NCBI GenBank assembly: GCA_963721805.1 | Contig: CAVRJY010000001.1 | Coordinates: forward strand, 499,882 to 563,881 | Length of the DNA: 64,000 bases | Source: Nitrospirota bacterium | GTDB taxonomy: Bacteria; Nitrospirota; Thermodesulfovibrionia; Thermodesulfovibrionales; JdFR-86 | Direction: 5' to 3' | In this document: positions 38,768-51,214 of the stretch, piece by piece | How the letters are laid out: each line of letters begins with the position of its first letter | Numbering within the stretch: position 1 is the first letter of the stretch | Translations under genes and position numbers: made by a program | Notes under the pieces: model-generated | Told to the model about the DNA's origin: nothing | The model's input: only the letters and a program-made list of their open reading frames with translations | The model's database searches: none

Positions 38768-41101
38768 TTAGCGCAGTTTCGCTACCGTGGCCCCGGCCCC
38801 GCCCTCTTCGCGCTCTCCGGGCCTGAATCCCTCGACCGCAGGGTGCGACGAGAGGAATTCCTGCACCGCACGCCTAAGCGCCCCGGTGCCGATGCCATGG
38901 ATCACGCGCACCTCCTCCACACCCGCGAGAGACGCGCGGTTGAGGAACGCTTCCAGCAGTTCGAGGGCCTCGTCCACGCGCCTGCCTATAAGCTTGATCT
39001 CGCGCGGGGCGGCCTCCTCCACGGGCGCGCTCACCTCCGCCTGCCTCGGTGCGCCGCGCGGGGGCGAGAGGTATGACGCCGGGAGTTCGAGTTCCTTGTT
39101 GCCGTGCTTTATCGTGACGCGCCCCTGGCTGCGGTTGACCCTGAGCACCGCCGCATCCGCCCCGATGGACTTCACGAACACCGCGTCGCCAGCTTTAAGG
39201 GAATCAATCTTTAAAGAGCGGTTTTCGGGCTCGATCGCGTCGATTTTTTTGTCTATATCTGCGCGCGCAGCCTCAAGCGCCTTCAGAGGTGCGCGCTTCT
39301 TCTCGCGCCTGACCTCTTCCAGTATCTCGTGTGCCTCGCGGCTGGCCTTGGCTATCAGCTCCCTGGCCTCCTCGAGCGCGTTTTTGACCGCGAGCTTGCG
39401 CTCGTGCTCGATGCGGGCGAGCCGCTCGCTTAAGGCCGCGCGGTCGCGCTCGGCCTGGACGCGCAAAGTCTCTGCCTTGCGGAGTTCCTCTTCATATGCC
39501 ATGCGCTTGCGCTTCATGTCCGATACGAGCGATTGGAACTCGGCGCGTATAGGGCCCATGAGCTCGCGCGCCTCATCCACTATATGCGCGGGCAGGCCGT
39601 AGCGCGCGGCCGCCTCAAGCGCGTAGCTCTGGCCGGGCTCGCCGAGTTTGAGGCGGTACAATGGGACATGGCGCTCGGGATCGAACTCCATCGAGGCGTT
39701 GCGCATCCCTGATTCGCGCTCGACGAACCCCACGATGTCGACCAGGTGCGTAGTAACGAGCACCATCGCGCCGCGGCGCAGGAGTTCGCGCATGATCGCG
39801 CAGCCGAGCGCCGCGCCCTCGGCCGGATCGGTCCCGGTGCCGAGTTCGTCCATCAGCACGAGCGTCGACGGCCCGGCCGCATTCAATATCCTCGCGAGGT
39901 TTCCTATATGCCCGGCGAAGGTCGAGAGGCTCGCCTCGATCGACTGCTCGTCTCCGATGTCAGCGAGCACGCCTTCGAGCACAGGATAGCTCGAGCCGTC
40001 CCCGCCGGGCACCGGCATGCCCGAGAGCGCCATCAGGGTCAGGAGCCCGGCCGCCTTGATCGCTATGGTCTTGCCCCCGGCGTTCGGGCCGGTGATCACC
40101 AACGCCCGGCCCCCGGCCTCCTCGGAGAGTTCCAGATCCAGCGGGACGACTTCCCTGCCAAGCAGCATCATCAATAGCGGGTGGCGCGCTCCGCTGAGCT
40201 TGAGCCTCCCCTCGGCGTTAAGCTCGGGGGAGGTCATCCTGAGCCTCTGGGCCAGCGCGGCTATCGAGGCGATCATGTCGATATGCACGAGTTCCCCAAA
40301 CTGGGGCTCGATTTCCGGCAGGGCCTCTCTGAGCGATTTGCTTATCGCCTTAAGGATGCGTATCACCTCGGCCTTCTCCTCGGCCGAGAGGTTCTCAAGC
40401 TCGTTGCTCAGTCCTATTATCTCGAGCGGCTCGACGAACGCGGTCTCGCCGGTGCGAGATACGTCATGCACGACGCCCTTGACCTGTCCCTTGGCGTCCA
40501 TGCGCACAGGTATAACCCATCTCCCCGAGCGCGTCGTGATGAAGTCGTCCTGGATAAACGGCGTGTAGTCGGCGTCGCGGACTATTTCCTCCAGGCGCCG
40601 GGTGATCTTTTTCTGTAGCGCGCGGAGCCTGACTCTCAGCTCGCGCAGCGTGATCGATGCCGAATCCAGGATCTCGCCCTCGCCGCCGACGGTGCGCGTG
40701 ATCGTGCGCCGAAGGGCCGGAAAGCCGGTCAGCCGCTCCGCTATGGAGGCGAGCCTCGGCGTCGATTCGTCGGGCTTATAGTCCTCAAACGTGTGCTCCA
40801 TCGCCCAAAGCGCCGAGAGCACCGCCAGCAGCTCCATCGGCTCGAGCACCGAGCCCACCGGCCTGAGCCGATCCAGCAGCGGCCTGATGTCCTCGAACGA
40901 TCCGAGCCCGAGCGGGGCGCCCCTATCCGAGACCCTGCGGACCTCGTCGATGAGGGCGTGGCGCTCCGAGATCGGGAGGCGCTCTGACATTGGCGTGATA
41001 TTCGAGATCGCCTCGCGCGTGGCGGGCGAGTGCGCGTATTCCGAGATCGCGTGAAGCACCCTCGGGAACTCAAGGAGTTTGAGCGTCTCGGGCCGGTTCA
41101 T
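38768..41101 (-). CDS. mutS2: Endonuclease MutS2 (MutS domain plus C-terminal Smr)
   Basis: 777-aa ORF; Walker A GPNAGGKT; DELGTGTDP; C-terminal Smr (...VIHGIGTGALR..V). Confidence 0.9.
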   Translation of the reverse strand: MNRPETLKLLEFPRVLHAISEYAHSPATREAISNITPMSERLPISERHALIDEVRRVSDRGAPLGLGSFEDIRPLLDRLRPVGSVLEPMELLAVLSALWAMEHTFEDYKPDESTPRLASIAERLTGFPALRRTITRTVGGEGEILDSASITLRELRVRLRALQKKITRRLEEIVRDADYTPFIQDDFITTRSGRWVIPVRMDAKGQVKGVVHDVSRTGETAFVEPLEIIGLSNELENLSAEEKAEVIRILKAISKSLREALPEIEPQFGELVHIDMIASIAALAQRLRMTSPELNAEGRLKLSGARHPLLMMLLGREVVPLDLELSEEAGGRALVITGPNAGGKTIAIKAAGLLTLMALSGMPVPGGDGSSYPVLEGVLADIGDEQSIEASLSTFAGHIGNLARILNAAGPSTLVLMDELGTGTDPAEGAALGCAIMRELLRRGAMVLVTTHLVDIVGFVERESGMRNASMEFDPERHVPLYRLKLGEPGQSYALEAAARYGLPAHIVDEARELMGPIRAEFQSLVSDMKRKRMAYEEELRKAETLRVQAERDRAALSERLARIEHERKLAVKNALEEARELIAKASREAHEILEEVRREKKRAPLKALEAARADIDKKIDAIEPENRSLKIDSLKAGDAVFVKSIGADAAVLRVNRSQGRVTIKHGNKELELPASYLSPPRGAPRQAEVSAPVEEAAPREIKLIGRRVDEALELLEAFLNRASLAGVEEVRVIHGIGTGALRRAVQEFLSSHPAVEGFRPGEREEGGAGATVAKLR

Positions 41102-42264
41102 TTTGCTGACAGCCTCCTTGTGGCCGCGTGCACGAGGCTTGCGTAATACTCGGCCCCGATCTTAAGCGCGGCCTCGTCGAAATCGAACGTGGGGCTGTGG
41201 CCCAGCAGCAGGCCCGCGCCCTTCTTGGCCGCTCCGATGCGCACGAAGCACCCGGGGGCCTCGTGGAGGTAATACGCGAAGTCCTCCCCGCCCATGCTGG
41301 GCTTCGGGATCACCCTGACGTTGCGCGGCCCGACCAGCTCTCTCGCTGTATCCATGGCGATTTCGAATCCGTCTTCGGAGTTTACGGTGGGCGGGTAGCC
41401 CTCGATCACCTTCAGGTCGGTTTTCACTCTGTGCTGGGCCGCGACGGCACGCACCGTGTCCTTGATCCGCTTAAGAAGCTCACGCCGGGTCTCGGCGTCG
41501 GTCGTCCTTAAGGTGCCTTCTAGGTACGCCTTTTCGGCGATGATGTTGTGCGCAGTCCCGGCATGGAGGCTTCCTATCGTGAGCACCGAGGGTTCGAGCG
41601 GGTCGGCCCCGCGCGATATCACGCCCTGCAGCGCCACGACGAGCGAGCTTGCGGCGTATACCGCGTCGAGCGCCTCATGGGGTCGCGCGGCATGGCCGCC
41701 CTTGCCCTGAATGCTTATATGGAGCGCGTCGGTGTATGCGCTCTCGATGCCGTGCCTGAGAGCGATCACCCCGGTGGGCAGGTTCGGCTCAAGGTGGCCG
41801 CCGAAGACCATGTCCACGCCGTCCATCGCGCCGTCGCGTATGAGCGCCTGAGCGCCGCCCTCGCTTTCCTCCGCCGGCTGAAACATCAGCACCGTGCGGC
41901 AGCGAGCGGGGTTCTTTATAAGCAATGCAGCCGCGCCGAGGACTATCGCAATATGTCCGTCGTGACCGCACGCGTGCATCACTCCCCTGTATCGGGATGC
42001 GAAAGCAAGCCCCGTTGCCTCCACTATGGGAAGCGCGTCGATGTCCGCGCGCAGCGCTATCGCCGGGACGCCTTTCCCCGCATCCCCAAACCGCCCCACC
42101 ACGCCGGTTTGGGCCACGGCCCCGGCGCCGATGCCGAGGCGCCCGAGTTCCGCCTTGATGAGGGCTGACGTGCGCGCTTCCTTGTATCCCAGCTCGGGGT
42201 TGCGGTGCACGTCGCGCCTGATCGAGGTGATGTGTTTCAGGAGCTTGCCGTCCATGCGTATCAT
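41098..42264 (-). CDS. M20-family amidohydrolase (N-acyl-amino-acid / hippurate hydrolase type)
   Basis: 388-aa ORF; HRNPELGYKE..., MHACGHDGH, FQPAEE motifs. Confidence 0.85.
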   Translation of the reverse strand: MIRMDGKLLKHITSIRRDVHRNPELGYKEARTSALIKAELGRLGIGAGAVAQTGVVGRFGDAGKGVPAIALRADIDALPIVEATGLAFASRYRGVMHACGHDGHIAIVLGAAALLIKNPARCRTVLMFQPAEESEGGAQALIRDGAMDGVDMVFGGHLEPNLPTGVIALRHGIESAYTDALHISIQGKGGHAARPHEALDAVYAASSLVVALQGVISRGADPLEPSVLTIGSLHAGTAHNIIAEKAYLEGTLRTTDAETRRELLKRIKDTVRAVAAQHRVKTDLKVIEGYPPTVNSEDGFEIAMDTARELVGPRNVRVIPKPSMGGEDFAYYLHEAPGCFVRIGAAKKGAGLLLGHSPTFDFDEAALKIGAEYYASLVHAATRRLSAK

Positions 42265-42364
42265 GCGATAGAGTTTATCATAACGCGCCGGGGCCTTTGC
42301 CCATGCCAGACGGGCCGGGTTTCTATTTATAGTTTTAATCGACCGATAAAAGGCCTGATTTCCC

Positions 42365-42392
42365 TTGACTCAGCTTGCGGCGCTGTGATACT
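42365..42392 (+). promoter_or_regulatory. Putative sigma-70 promoter of the ATP synthase operon
   Basis: TTGACT (42365..42370) - 16 nt - GATACT (42387..42392), with TGT immediately upstream of the -10 element; about 60 nt before ATG 42455. Confidence 0.45.
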
Positions 42393-42454
42393 CTCAACAC
42401 GTCTTTGCGGCGATACCGCGTACTCTACGCAGGTTTTTATCGAAGGGGAGAACA

Positions 42455-42874
42455 ATGCTGGAATTCAATCATTGGTTTTTTGTCCTGCTCGCGAACTTCC
42501 TCGTCCTGCTCTTTGTCCTGAATAAAATCCTCTTCCAGCCCCTGCTCGGAACTTTCAAGGAGCGCGAGGCCTCCACAAAGGGTTTTATGGACAACGCGCG
42601 CACGATGGAAGCCGAGAAGGAATCAGCCATAGCGGGTATGAGGAGCCGGTTCGCCGAGGCAGGCAAACAGGCCCGGAAGGAGTTCGAGGCGCTCAAGTCC
42701 GAGGGCCTCGACAACCAGCGCGCCCAGATGGCCGAGGCCGCAAAGCAGGCCGCGGCGACGATCGAGCGCGCACGCGCCGAGATCGAGTCCGATGCAGCCA
42801 AGGCCCGCCAGGCCCTGCAGGGCGAGGTCGTGAAGCTCTCGGCCGAGATTTCGCTCAAGGTCGCGGGAGTCTAA
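42455..42874 (+). CDS. F0F1 ATP synthase subunit b'
   Basis: 139-aa ORF; one N-terminal TM helix followed by a long charged helix; first gene of the atp cluster. Confidence 0.8.
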   Translation: MLEFNHWFFVLLANFLVLLFVLNKILFQPLLGTFKEREASTKGFMDNARTMEAEKESAIAGMRSRFAEAGKQARKEFEALKSEGLDNQRAQMAEAAKQAAATIERARAEIESDAAKARQALQGEVVKLSAEISLKVAGV

Positions 42875-42995
42875 CTGCAATGATAAAGAGAGAAAACATA
42901 AAGTATATGGCTTACGGCTTCGCCTCTACGCTCACGCTCGTGGCGGCCAAGACCGCGTTTGCGGCCGAAGGCGCCGAGGAGGGCGGCGCGAGATA

Positions 42996-43467
42996 ATGGT
43001 GTACGTCTGGCAGATCCTGAACTTCGCGATACTGGTCGTGGCCCTCGTCTACTTCGGCAAGAAGCCCCTGGCCAGCTACCTCGCCGAGCGCACCGCGACG
43101 ATCAAGAAGAGCCTCGACGAGGCCCGCTAGGCCCGCGAACTAGCCCAGAAAGCACTCGACGAGGTGAAGGACCGCTTAAAGACCGTCGACAGCGAGGTCG
43201 CCGAGATGATCGCCGCCTCCAAGGCCTCCGGCGAGCGCGAGCGCGACCCAGCTCATCGAGGACGGCAAGGCGCTGAGCGCCCGCATCCTGGAGCAGGCCA
43301 AGGCCAATATCGATTTCGAGGTCAAGCGCGCCAAGGACGCCATCCGCGACGAGGCCGTACGCACGACGATGGACCTGGTCGAGAAGCACATATCCGAGAA
43401 GCTCTCGGAAAAGGAGCGCAAGTCGCTCCTCGAAGAGGCGCTCGTTAAGATGGAGGGCAGGAATTGA
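42996..43467 (+). pseudogene. atpF: F0F1 ATP synthase subunit b, interrupted by an in-frame TAG and one single-base insertion
   Basis: MVYVWQILNFAILVVALVYFGKKPLASYLAERTATIKKSLDEAR, then TAG (43128..43130), then ARELAQKALDEV...GERERD. The frame shifts at the CCC run 43247..43249 into QLIEDGKALSARILEQAKANIDFEVKRAKDAIRDEAV...; the stop at 43465..43467 overlaps the atpH start. Confidence 0.75.
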
Positions 43468-44003
43468 AGCCCGTAAAGCACGCACGCAAGTACGCCAAGA
43501 TGTACCTTAACGCCGTCGGGATGGACGCCGCGCCCAAGGCCCTCAAGGACCTCGAGGCCGCGCGCGACCTGATGGAGAAGGCCCCGGAGTTCCGGCGGCT
43601 GATGCTCAGCCCGATCTTCACCGAGAAGGAGCGCGCCGAAGCGCTCGCGGCCGTGGCCGCGAAGCTCGGTATGCAGGCCGAGACCGTAAAGTTCCTCAAA
43701 TTCCTGGGCGATAAGGGCGCGGCGCACGGGCTTGCAATAATCACCGCCAAGGCCAGCGCGATGTACGCCGAGAGCAAGAGCGTGGTGAAGGCCACCGTAG
43801 TGACCCCGGCCGCGATTGGCACCGAGTACGGCGCACGCCTCACGGTCGCGCTTAAAAATATGACAGGCAGGGATGTCGATATCGAATACGCCACGGACCC
43901 GTCGCTGCTGGGCGGAGTGCTCGTTAAGGTCGGCAGCACGATGTACGACGGCACCGTAAAGGGACAACTGAGAATCCTTCGGGATGAGCTTCTAAAGGGG
44001 TGA
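43464..44003 (+). CDS. atpH: F0F1 ATP synthase subunit delta
   Basis: 179-aa ORF (TTG start); OSCP-like; ...DPSLLGGVLVKVGSTMYDGTVKGQL. Confidence 0.85.
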   Translation: MKPVKHARKYAKMYLNAVGMDAAPKALKDLEAARDLMEKAPEFRRLMLSPIFTEKERAEALAAVAAKLGMQAETVKFLKFLGDKGAAHGLAIITAKASAMYAESKSVVKATVVTPAAIGTEYGARLTVALKNMTGRDVDIEYATDPSLLGGVLVKVGSTMYDGTVKGQLRILRDELLKG

Positions 44004-44006
44004 TAA

Positions 44007-45518
<1,512 letters not shown>

Positions 45519-45526
45519 GGGCATAG

Positions 45527-46402
45527 ATGGCAACTCTACGCGACATAAAACGGCGCATCAAGGCGGTAACGAGCACACGGCAGATCACGAAGGCCATGAA
45601 GATGGTCTCGGCCTCGAAGCTCAAGAGGGTGCAGGGCCGGATGCTCGAGATGAGGCCTTACGCAACGAAGATGGACGAGGTCATAAAGAGCCTCGCACGC
45701 GGGGCTGACAAGGAATCCAGCCCGCTGCTGATAGAGCGGCCGCGCAAGAACGTCGAGGTGATCGTCCTTACAAGCGACCGCGGCCTCTGCAGCGCGTTTA
45801 ACACCAACGTAATGAAGCTCGCGACCAGGGTCATGGCCGAAATGAAGACGCAGGGCGTCGAGAACGTCCAGATCAGCACCGTGGGCAAGAAGGCCGCTGA
45901 CTTCTACAGGCGGCGCGGCATAAAGCTTAAGAACTCATGGACCGGTTTTTCGGGCCGAGTGAGCTACGAAAACGCGAAGCTCGTCGCGACCTCGATGATC
46001 CAGGGCTACGTCTCTGGCGAGGTCGACGAGGTCGTGGTCATCTATAACAAGTTCAAAAACGTAGTGCAGCAGATACCGACCTCGGTGAAGTTCCTCCCCG
46101 CATCGATAGAAGAGGGCGAGGCCCCCGCGGAAGGCGGCGGCGCTGATTTCATCTATGAGCCCCAGGAGGACGTGCTGCTTGAGTTCCTGCTTCCGAAGAA
46201 CATAGAGATACAGGTCTTCAGTGCGCTTCTTGAGTCGCAGACTTCCGAGGAGGCCGCCCGCATGGCCGCCATGGAGAACGCGACGAAGAGCTCCACCGAG
46301 ATGATCGACAAGCTCTCGCTCAAATACAACAAGGCGCGCCAGGCCGGCATCACCGCGGACCTCATGGACATCGTCGGCGGCGTGGAGGCACTCAAGCAGT
46401 AG
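45527..46402 (+). CDS. atpG: F0F1 ATP synthase subunit gamma
   Basis: 291-aa ORF; MATLRDIKRRIKAVTSTRQITKAMKMVSASKL; C-terminal ITADLMDIVGG. Confidence 0.95.
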   Translation: MATLRDIKRRIKAVTSTRQITKAMKMVSASKLKRVQGRMLEMRPYATKMDEVIKSLARGADKESSPLLIERPRKNVEVIVLTSDRGLCSAFNTNVMKLATRVMAEMKTQGVENVQISTVGKKAADFYRRRGIKLKNSWTGFSGRVSYENAKLVATSMIQGYVSGEVDEVVVIYNKFKNVVQQIPTSVKFLPASIEEGEAPAEGGGADFIYEPQEDVLLEFLLPKNIEIQVFSALLESQTSEEAARMAAMENATKSSTEMIDKLSLKYNKARQAGITADLMDIVGGVEALKQ

Positions 46403-46479
46403 GGCGGTCCGGGGCAGGATGCCCGGGCCGATGAAAAGAGCAATTAAGAAGTGATGAGAAATACACGGAGGTAATGTAG

Positions 46480-47904
<1,425 letters not shown>

Positions 47905-47929
47905 GAAGGCTTACGGAGGATAGTGAAAC

Positions 47930-48340
47930 GTGGCTGAAACCATACAGCTTGAGATAGTGACCCCGTACGGCACGATATACAGCGAGCCGGTCGAGGAAGT
48001 GGGGGCATCCGGCACCGAGGGCGACTTCGGCGTATACCCGGGCCATGCCCCGATGCTCACCTCGCTCCGCGTGGGCGAGCTCTCAGCCCGCAAGGGCAGT
48101 GCGACCGAGTGGTTTTTCGTGAGCACCGGATTCGCCGAGGTCGGCTCCGAGAAGATCATCGTCCTGGCAGACAGCGCCGAGAACGCGTCATCCATCGACG
48201 TGGCGCGCGCGGCCGAGGCCAAGAAGAGGGCCGAGGAGCGGATCGCAAAGAACGACAATGTCGACTTCCGCCGCGCGGAACTCGCACTTCAGCGCGCAAT
48301 CATGCGCATAGGCGTTGCCGAACATTCGAGTGGAAGATAG
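47930..48340 (+). CDS. atpC: F0F1 ATP synthase subunit epsilon
   Basis: 136-aa ORF (GTG start); LEIVTP...G.FGV.PGHAP. Confidence 0.9.
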   Translation: MAETIQLEIVTPYGTIYSEPVEEVGASGTEGDFGVYPGHAPMLTSLRVGELSARKGSATEWFFVSTGFAEVGSEKIIVLADSAENASSIDVARAAEAKKRAEERIAKNDNVDFRRAELALQRAIMRIGVAEHSSGR

Positions 48341-48370
48341 GGCGCGGATAAAATTTAACGGCTGAAAATA

Positions 48371-48428
48371 CCGGGGGCGTGCCGCAGAGATATGGGGGTG
48401 GGACCCGGCGGTACGCTCCCGGTTTTTT
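48371..48428 (+). terminator. Rho-independent terminator of the atp operon
   Basis: 14-bp stem CCGGGGGCGTGCCG / CGGTACGCTCCCGG (two G-U pairs), followed by TTTTTT. Confidence 0.7.
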
Positions 48429-48475
48429 GTTCGGCAGGTATACGAACCCGGCCGTGAGCGCCTTGGTACGAGTCT

Positions 48476-49369
48476 CTAGGTGAGGGACCGCGTCCCCTTC
48501 AGGAAATCCCTGAACGCGGAATATTTGGGCGGCAGAGCCCGCTTTTTATGCGTCGAGACATAAAACTCCCTCTTGAGCGTCGCGCCGTGTATCGGGATCT
48601 CAACGAGCGCACCATACTCCAATTCATCCTGTACCGCTACCCTGGAGATGAAGCTCACGCCCATCGCTGACTTCACGGCCTGCTTTATGCACTCGGTCGA
48701 GCCCAGTATGGCCGCGACCTGAAGCGAGCGCGGGGCTATGCCGTGGGATTCGAGGAACCGCTCCATGATCTTCCGCGTCCCCGAGCCGCGCTCCCTTATG
48801 ACGAACGGGAGCCCGGCGATCGCCCTAAGCGCGATCTTCTTTTTCCTGAGCAGGCCGGGCGAGGCGACCAGTATCATCTCGTCGTCCGCAAACGGCTCGT
48901 AATTCAGGCGTTCGGGCTCCATGACCGCCCCCACGCAGCCCATCATTATCTCGTTGCCCTGCACCCACTGGGCCACCTGCTGCGAGTCGCCGATGCGCAC
49001 CTCGATCGAGACCTCCGGGTGCAGGGCCCTGAACCTCTGGAACAGCACCGGGATGATGTACGTCCCCGGTATCGTGCTTGCGCCGACGAGTATCGTCCCC
49101 GAGATGCTCCCGGACATCCTCTCGGCGGTGTCCTTAAGGGCCTCGGCCTCCTGGATGATCCTGATGACCTTGCGGTAGATGCCTTCGGCCTCGCGCGTCG
49201 GGACGATGTTGCGGTTGAGCCTGTCAAACAGGTTGCAGCCGAGTTCGTCCTCGAGGCCCTTGATGTGTTCGCTGATCGTGGGCTGGCTCAGGCCGAGTTC
49301 GGCCGCGGCCTTCGTGAAGCTCCTGTTGTTGAATACCGCAACGAACGAGACCAGCTTGCCGATGTCCAT
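48476..49369 (-). CDS. LysR-family transcriptional regulator
   Basis: 297-aa ORF; N-terminal HTH FTKAAAELGLSQPTISEHIKGLE. Confidence 0.9.
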   Translation of the reverse strand: MDIGKLVSFVAVFNNRSFTKAAAELGLSQPTISEHIKGLEDELGCNLFDRLNRNIVPTREAEGIYRKVIRIIQEAEALKDTAERMSGSISGTILVGASTIPGTYIIPVLFQRFRALHPEVSIEVRIGDSQQVAQWVQGNEIMMGCVGAVMEPERLNYEPFADDEMILVASPGLLRKKKIALRAIAGLPFVIRERGSGTRKIMERFLESHGIAPRSLQVAAILGSTECIKQAVKSAMGVSFISRVAVQDELEYGALVEIPIHGATLKREFYVSTHKKRALPPKYSAFRDFLKGTRSLT

Positions 49370-49495
49370 GTCCTTATAGCCTTTCTCGATTCATATGGGT
49401 GCGCTCCATTATTTTAGGCTATTTGACTTGTCTATTGCAAGAATTGCTAATATCGATGTGAAGGCCTTGATAACAGGGCCGGGGAGGCCATTGAA

Positions 49496-49879
49496 ATGGG
49501 ATGCGACAAGCCTGAAGGGGCCGGGAATGTGAGAGACTCTGCTGTCGAAAACGCGCTGTTCATAGTTGTGACCTCGGATGTCATGGGGCGCGACCCCGAT
49601 ATCGGCCGCGTGCTGATGAAGGGTTTCTTCGAGACCATGAAGGCCACGGCCGCATATCCGCGTGCGGTATTTTTCATGAACGCCGGGGTGAGGCTGACTA
49701 CCGTGGACGAGGAGTTCGTCCCCCTGCTTAAGGCCATCGAAGAGGCCGGAGTCGAGGTGTTCTCCTGCGGCACCTGCCTCAAGCATTATGGGTTCGAGGA
49801 GGCCCTGAAAGTCGGATATCGCGGCAGCACCGCTCAGGTGCTCGAGGGCATAAAAGAAGCCCGGACGCTATGGATATGA
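49496..49879 (+). CDS. DsrE-like domain protein matching the C-terminal domain of the selenium-metabolism protein YedF (no TusA-like N-terminal domain)
   Basis: 127-aa ORF; VVTSDVMGRDPDIGRVLMKGFF...P.AVFFMNAGV.L......L..(I)EEAGVEV.SCGTCL.HYG....L.VG pattern as I recall it for TIGR03527-type YedF proteins. Confidence 0.6.
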   Translation: MGCDKPEGAGNVRDSAVENALFIVVTSDVMGRDPDIGRVLMKGFFETMKATAAYPRAVFFMNAGVRLTTVDEEFVPLLKAIEEAGVEVFSCGTCLKHYGFEEALKVGYRGSTAQVLEGIKEARTLWI

Positions 49880-49967
49880 ACGCTTTGCAACGGTTTCGGA
49901 GAGATGAAACTGTAACTTTAGGGGCCACTTTGCTTGTCAAGACTTTTTGTGCTAAACTCAAAATGAA

Positions 49968-50429
49968 ATGAAAAACCATATATACCGTCCACTGTATGTC
50001 GTCGTCGCACTGATCGCCGTGATACTCATCGCAAGGGCGATTTATGTGCCGAAGGATTTCGGTATCCAGGCCAGGGGATACCGCTTCGGCTGGCACAGGC
50101 TGGGCAACGAGCAGGAATGGAAGGACTTCACTTCCAAGTATGCCCAGAAGGATTATTGCAAGGGGTGCCACTCGGACAAGGCAGATCAAATCGCTGCCTC
50201 GCCGCACGTGATCATCCCCTGCCAGGACTGCCATGGGCCCGCGTTGCAGCACCCGGATAACCCGCCGAAGCTGGCCATCGACAAGGCCCGCTCCCTGTGC
50301 CTGCGTTGCCACGCCAAGCTCGTGGACGTGGGTTCCGGAAGGGCCGGAATCCGGGGCATAGACGACTCTCAGCATAACCCGGGCGCGGAGTGTGTCAGCT
50401 GTCATAACCCGCATTCCCCCGTGATATAG
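49968..50429 (+). CDS. Membrane-anchored tetraheme c-type cytochrome
   Basis: 153-aa ORF; N-terminal TM helix; four CxxCH motifs (CKGCH, CQDCH, CLRCH, CVSCH). Confidence 0.85.
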   Translation: MKNHIYRPLYVVVALIAVILIARAIYVPKDFGIQARGYRFGWHRLGNEQEWKDFTSKYAQKDYCKGCHSDKADQIAASPHVIIPCQDCHGPALQHPDNPPKLAIDKARSLCLRCHAKLVDVGSGRAGIRGIDDSQHNPGAECVSCHNPHSPVI

Positions 50430-50434
50430 GTGCC

Positions 50435-51214
50435 ATGATGATAACGAGAAGAAATTTCATAAAGAATGCGTGTATCGGGGCGGCGGCGCTCGGCGCGGCC
50501 TCTCTGACAGGGATTAAAGGGGTGCATGCGTCCGAGCCCCCGAGCAAGGACTTGCGCTACGGCTTCCTCGTCGACACGTACAAGTGCGTCGGCTGCGGCA
50601 TGTGCGTCAAGGCCTGCAAGCTGGAAAACGAGATACCCTGGAATATCCCGGCCTCGCGCACGTGGGTCGAGCGGTACGTCGTCAAGAAAGACGGCGAGGT
50701 GCTGGCAGACTCGCCGATGGCCGGCCGCGACGGGTTCACCGATCCAAAGATAGACCAGGGCGAGGACTTCCCCAAGGCGACCGTGGCCGAGGCCGATGTC
50801 TCCAAGACGATCTTCGTCCCCAAGCTCTGCAACCAGTGCGACAAGCCCGCCTGCGTGCAGGTCTGCCCGGTCGGCGCGACCTACCAGACCGCCGAGGGCA
50901 TAGTCCTGGTCGACCGCACCTGGTGTATCGGCTGCGGCTACTGCATCGAGGCCTGCCCCTACGGCGTGAGGTTCTTCAACCCCATCTACGGGACGGCCGA
51001 GAAGTGCACGTGGTGCTACCATCGCATCTCCAAGGGCATGAAGCCCGCTTGCGTGGATGCCTGCCCGTTCGGTGCCAGGGACATCGGCAACTTGAAAGAC
51101 CCCAACGACCCCGTGACGAAGATCATTATGGAGGAGCGCGTGCAGGTACTCAAGGAAGAGTTCGGAACTGGGCCTCAGGCCTTCTACCGCGGGCTTGATT
51201 GGAGGATCCGGTGA
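50435..51214 (+). CDS. Tat-exported 4x[4Fe-4S] ferredoxin subunit (NrfC/HybA/PsrB type)
   Basis: 259-aa ORF; twin-arginine signal TRRNFIK; four Cys clusters (CVGCGMCVKAC, CNQCDKPACVQVCP, CIGCGYCIEACP, CTWC...ACVDACP). Confidence 0.9.
   Translation: MMITRRNFIKNACIGAAALGAASLTGIKGVHASEPPSKDLRYGFLVDTYKCVGCGMCVKACKLENEIPWNIPASRTWVERYVVKKDGEVLADSPMAGRDGFTDPKIDQGEDFPKATVAEADVSKTIFVPKLCNQCDKPACVQVCPVGATYQTAEGIVLVDRTWCIGCGYCIEACPYGVRFFNPIYGTAEKCTWCYHRISKGMKPACVDACPFGARDIGNLKDPNDPVTKIIMEERVQVLKEEFGTGPQAFYRGLDWRIR

Noticed and set aside
42880-42996. 38-codon ORF upstream of atpF as an independent gene
   Set aside because: It may be the detached signal-like N-terminal extension of subunit b, or chance. 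There is no independent support, so it is discussed under the atpF finding rather than listed as a feature.
43128-43130. In-frame TAG in atpF as evidence of stop-codon reassignment
   Set aside because: TAG terminates other well-supported genes in this window (lapB-like at 22263..22265; the bS22-like ORF), and the same gene also carries a homopolymer frameshift. A local sequence error is more likely.
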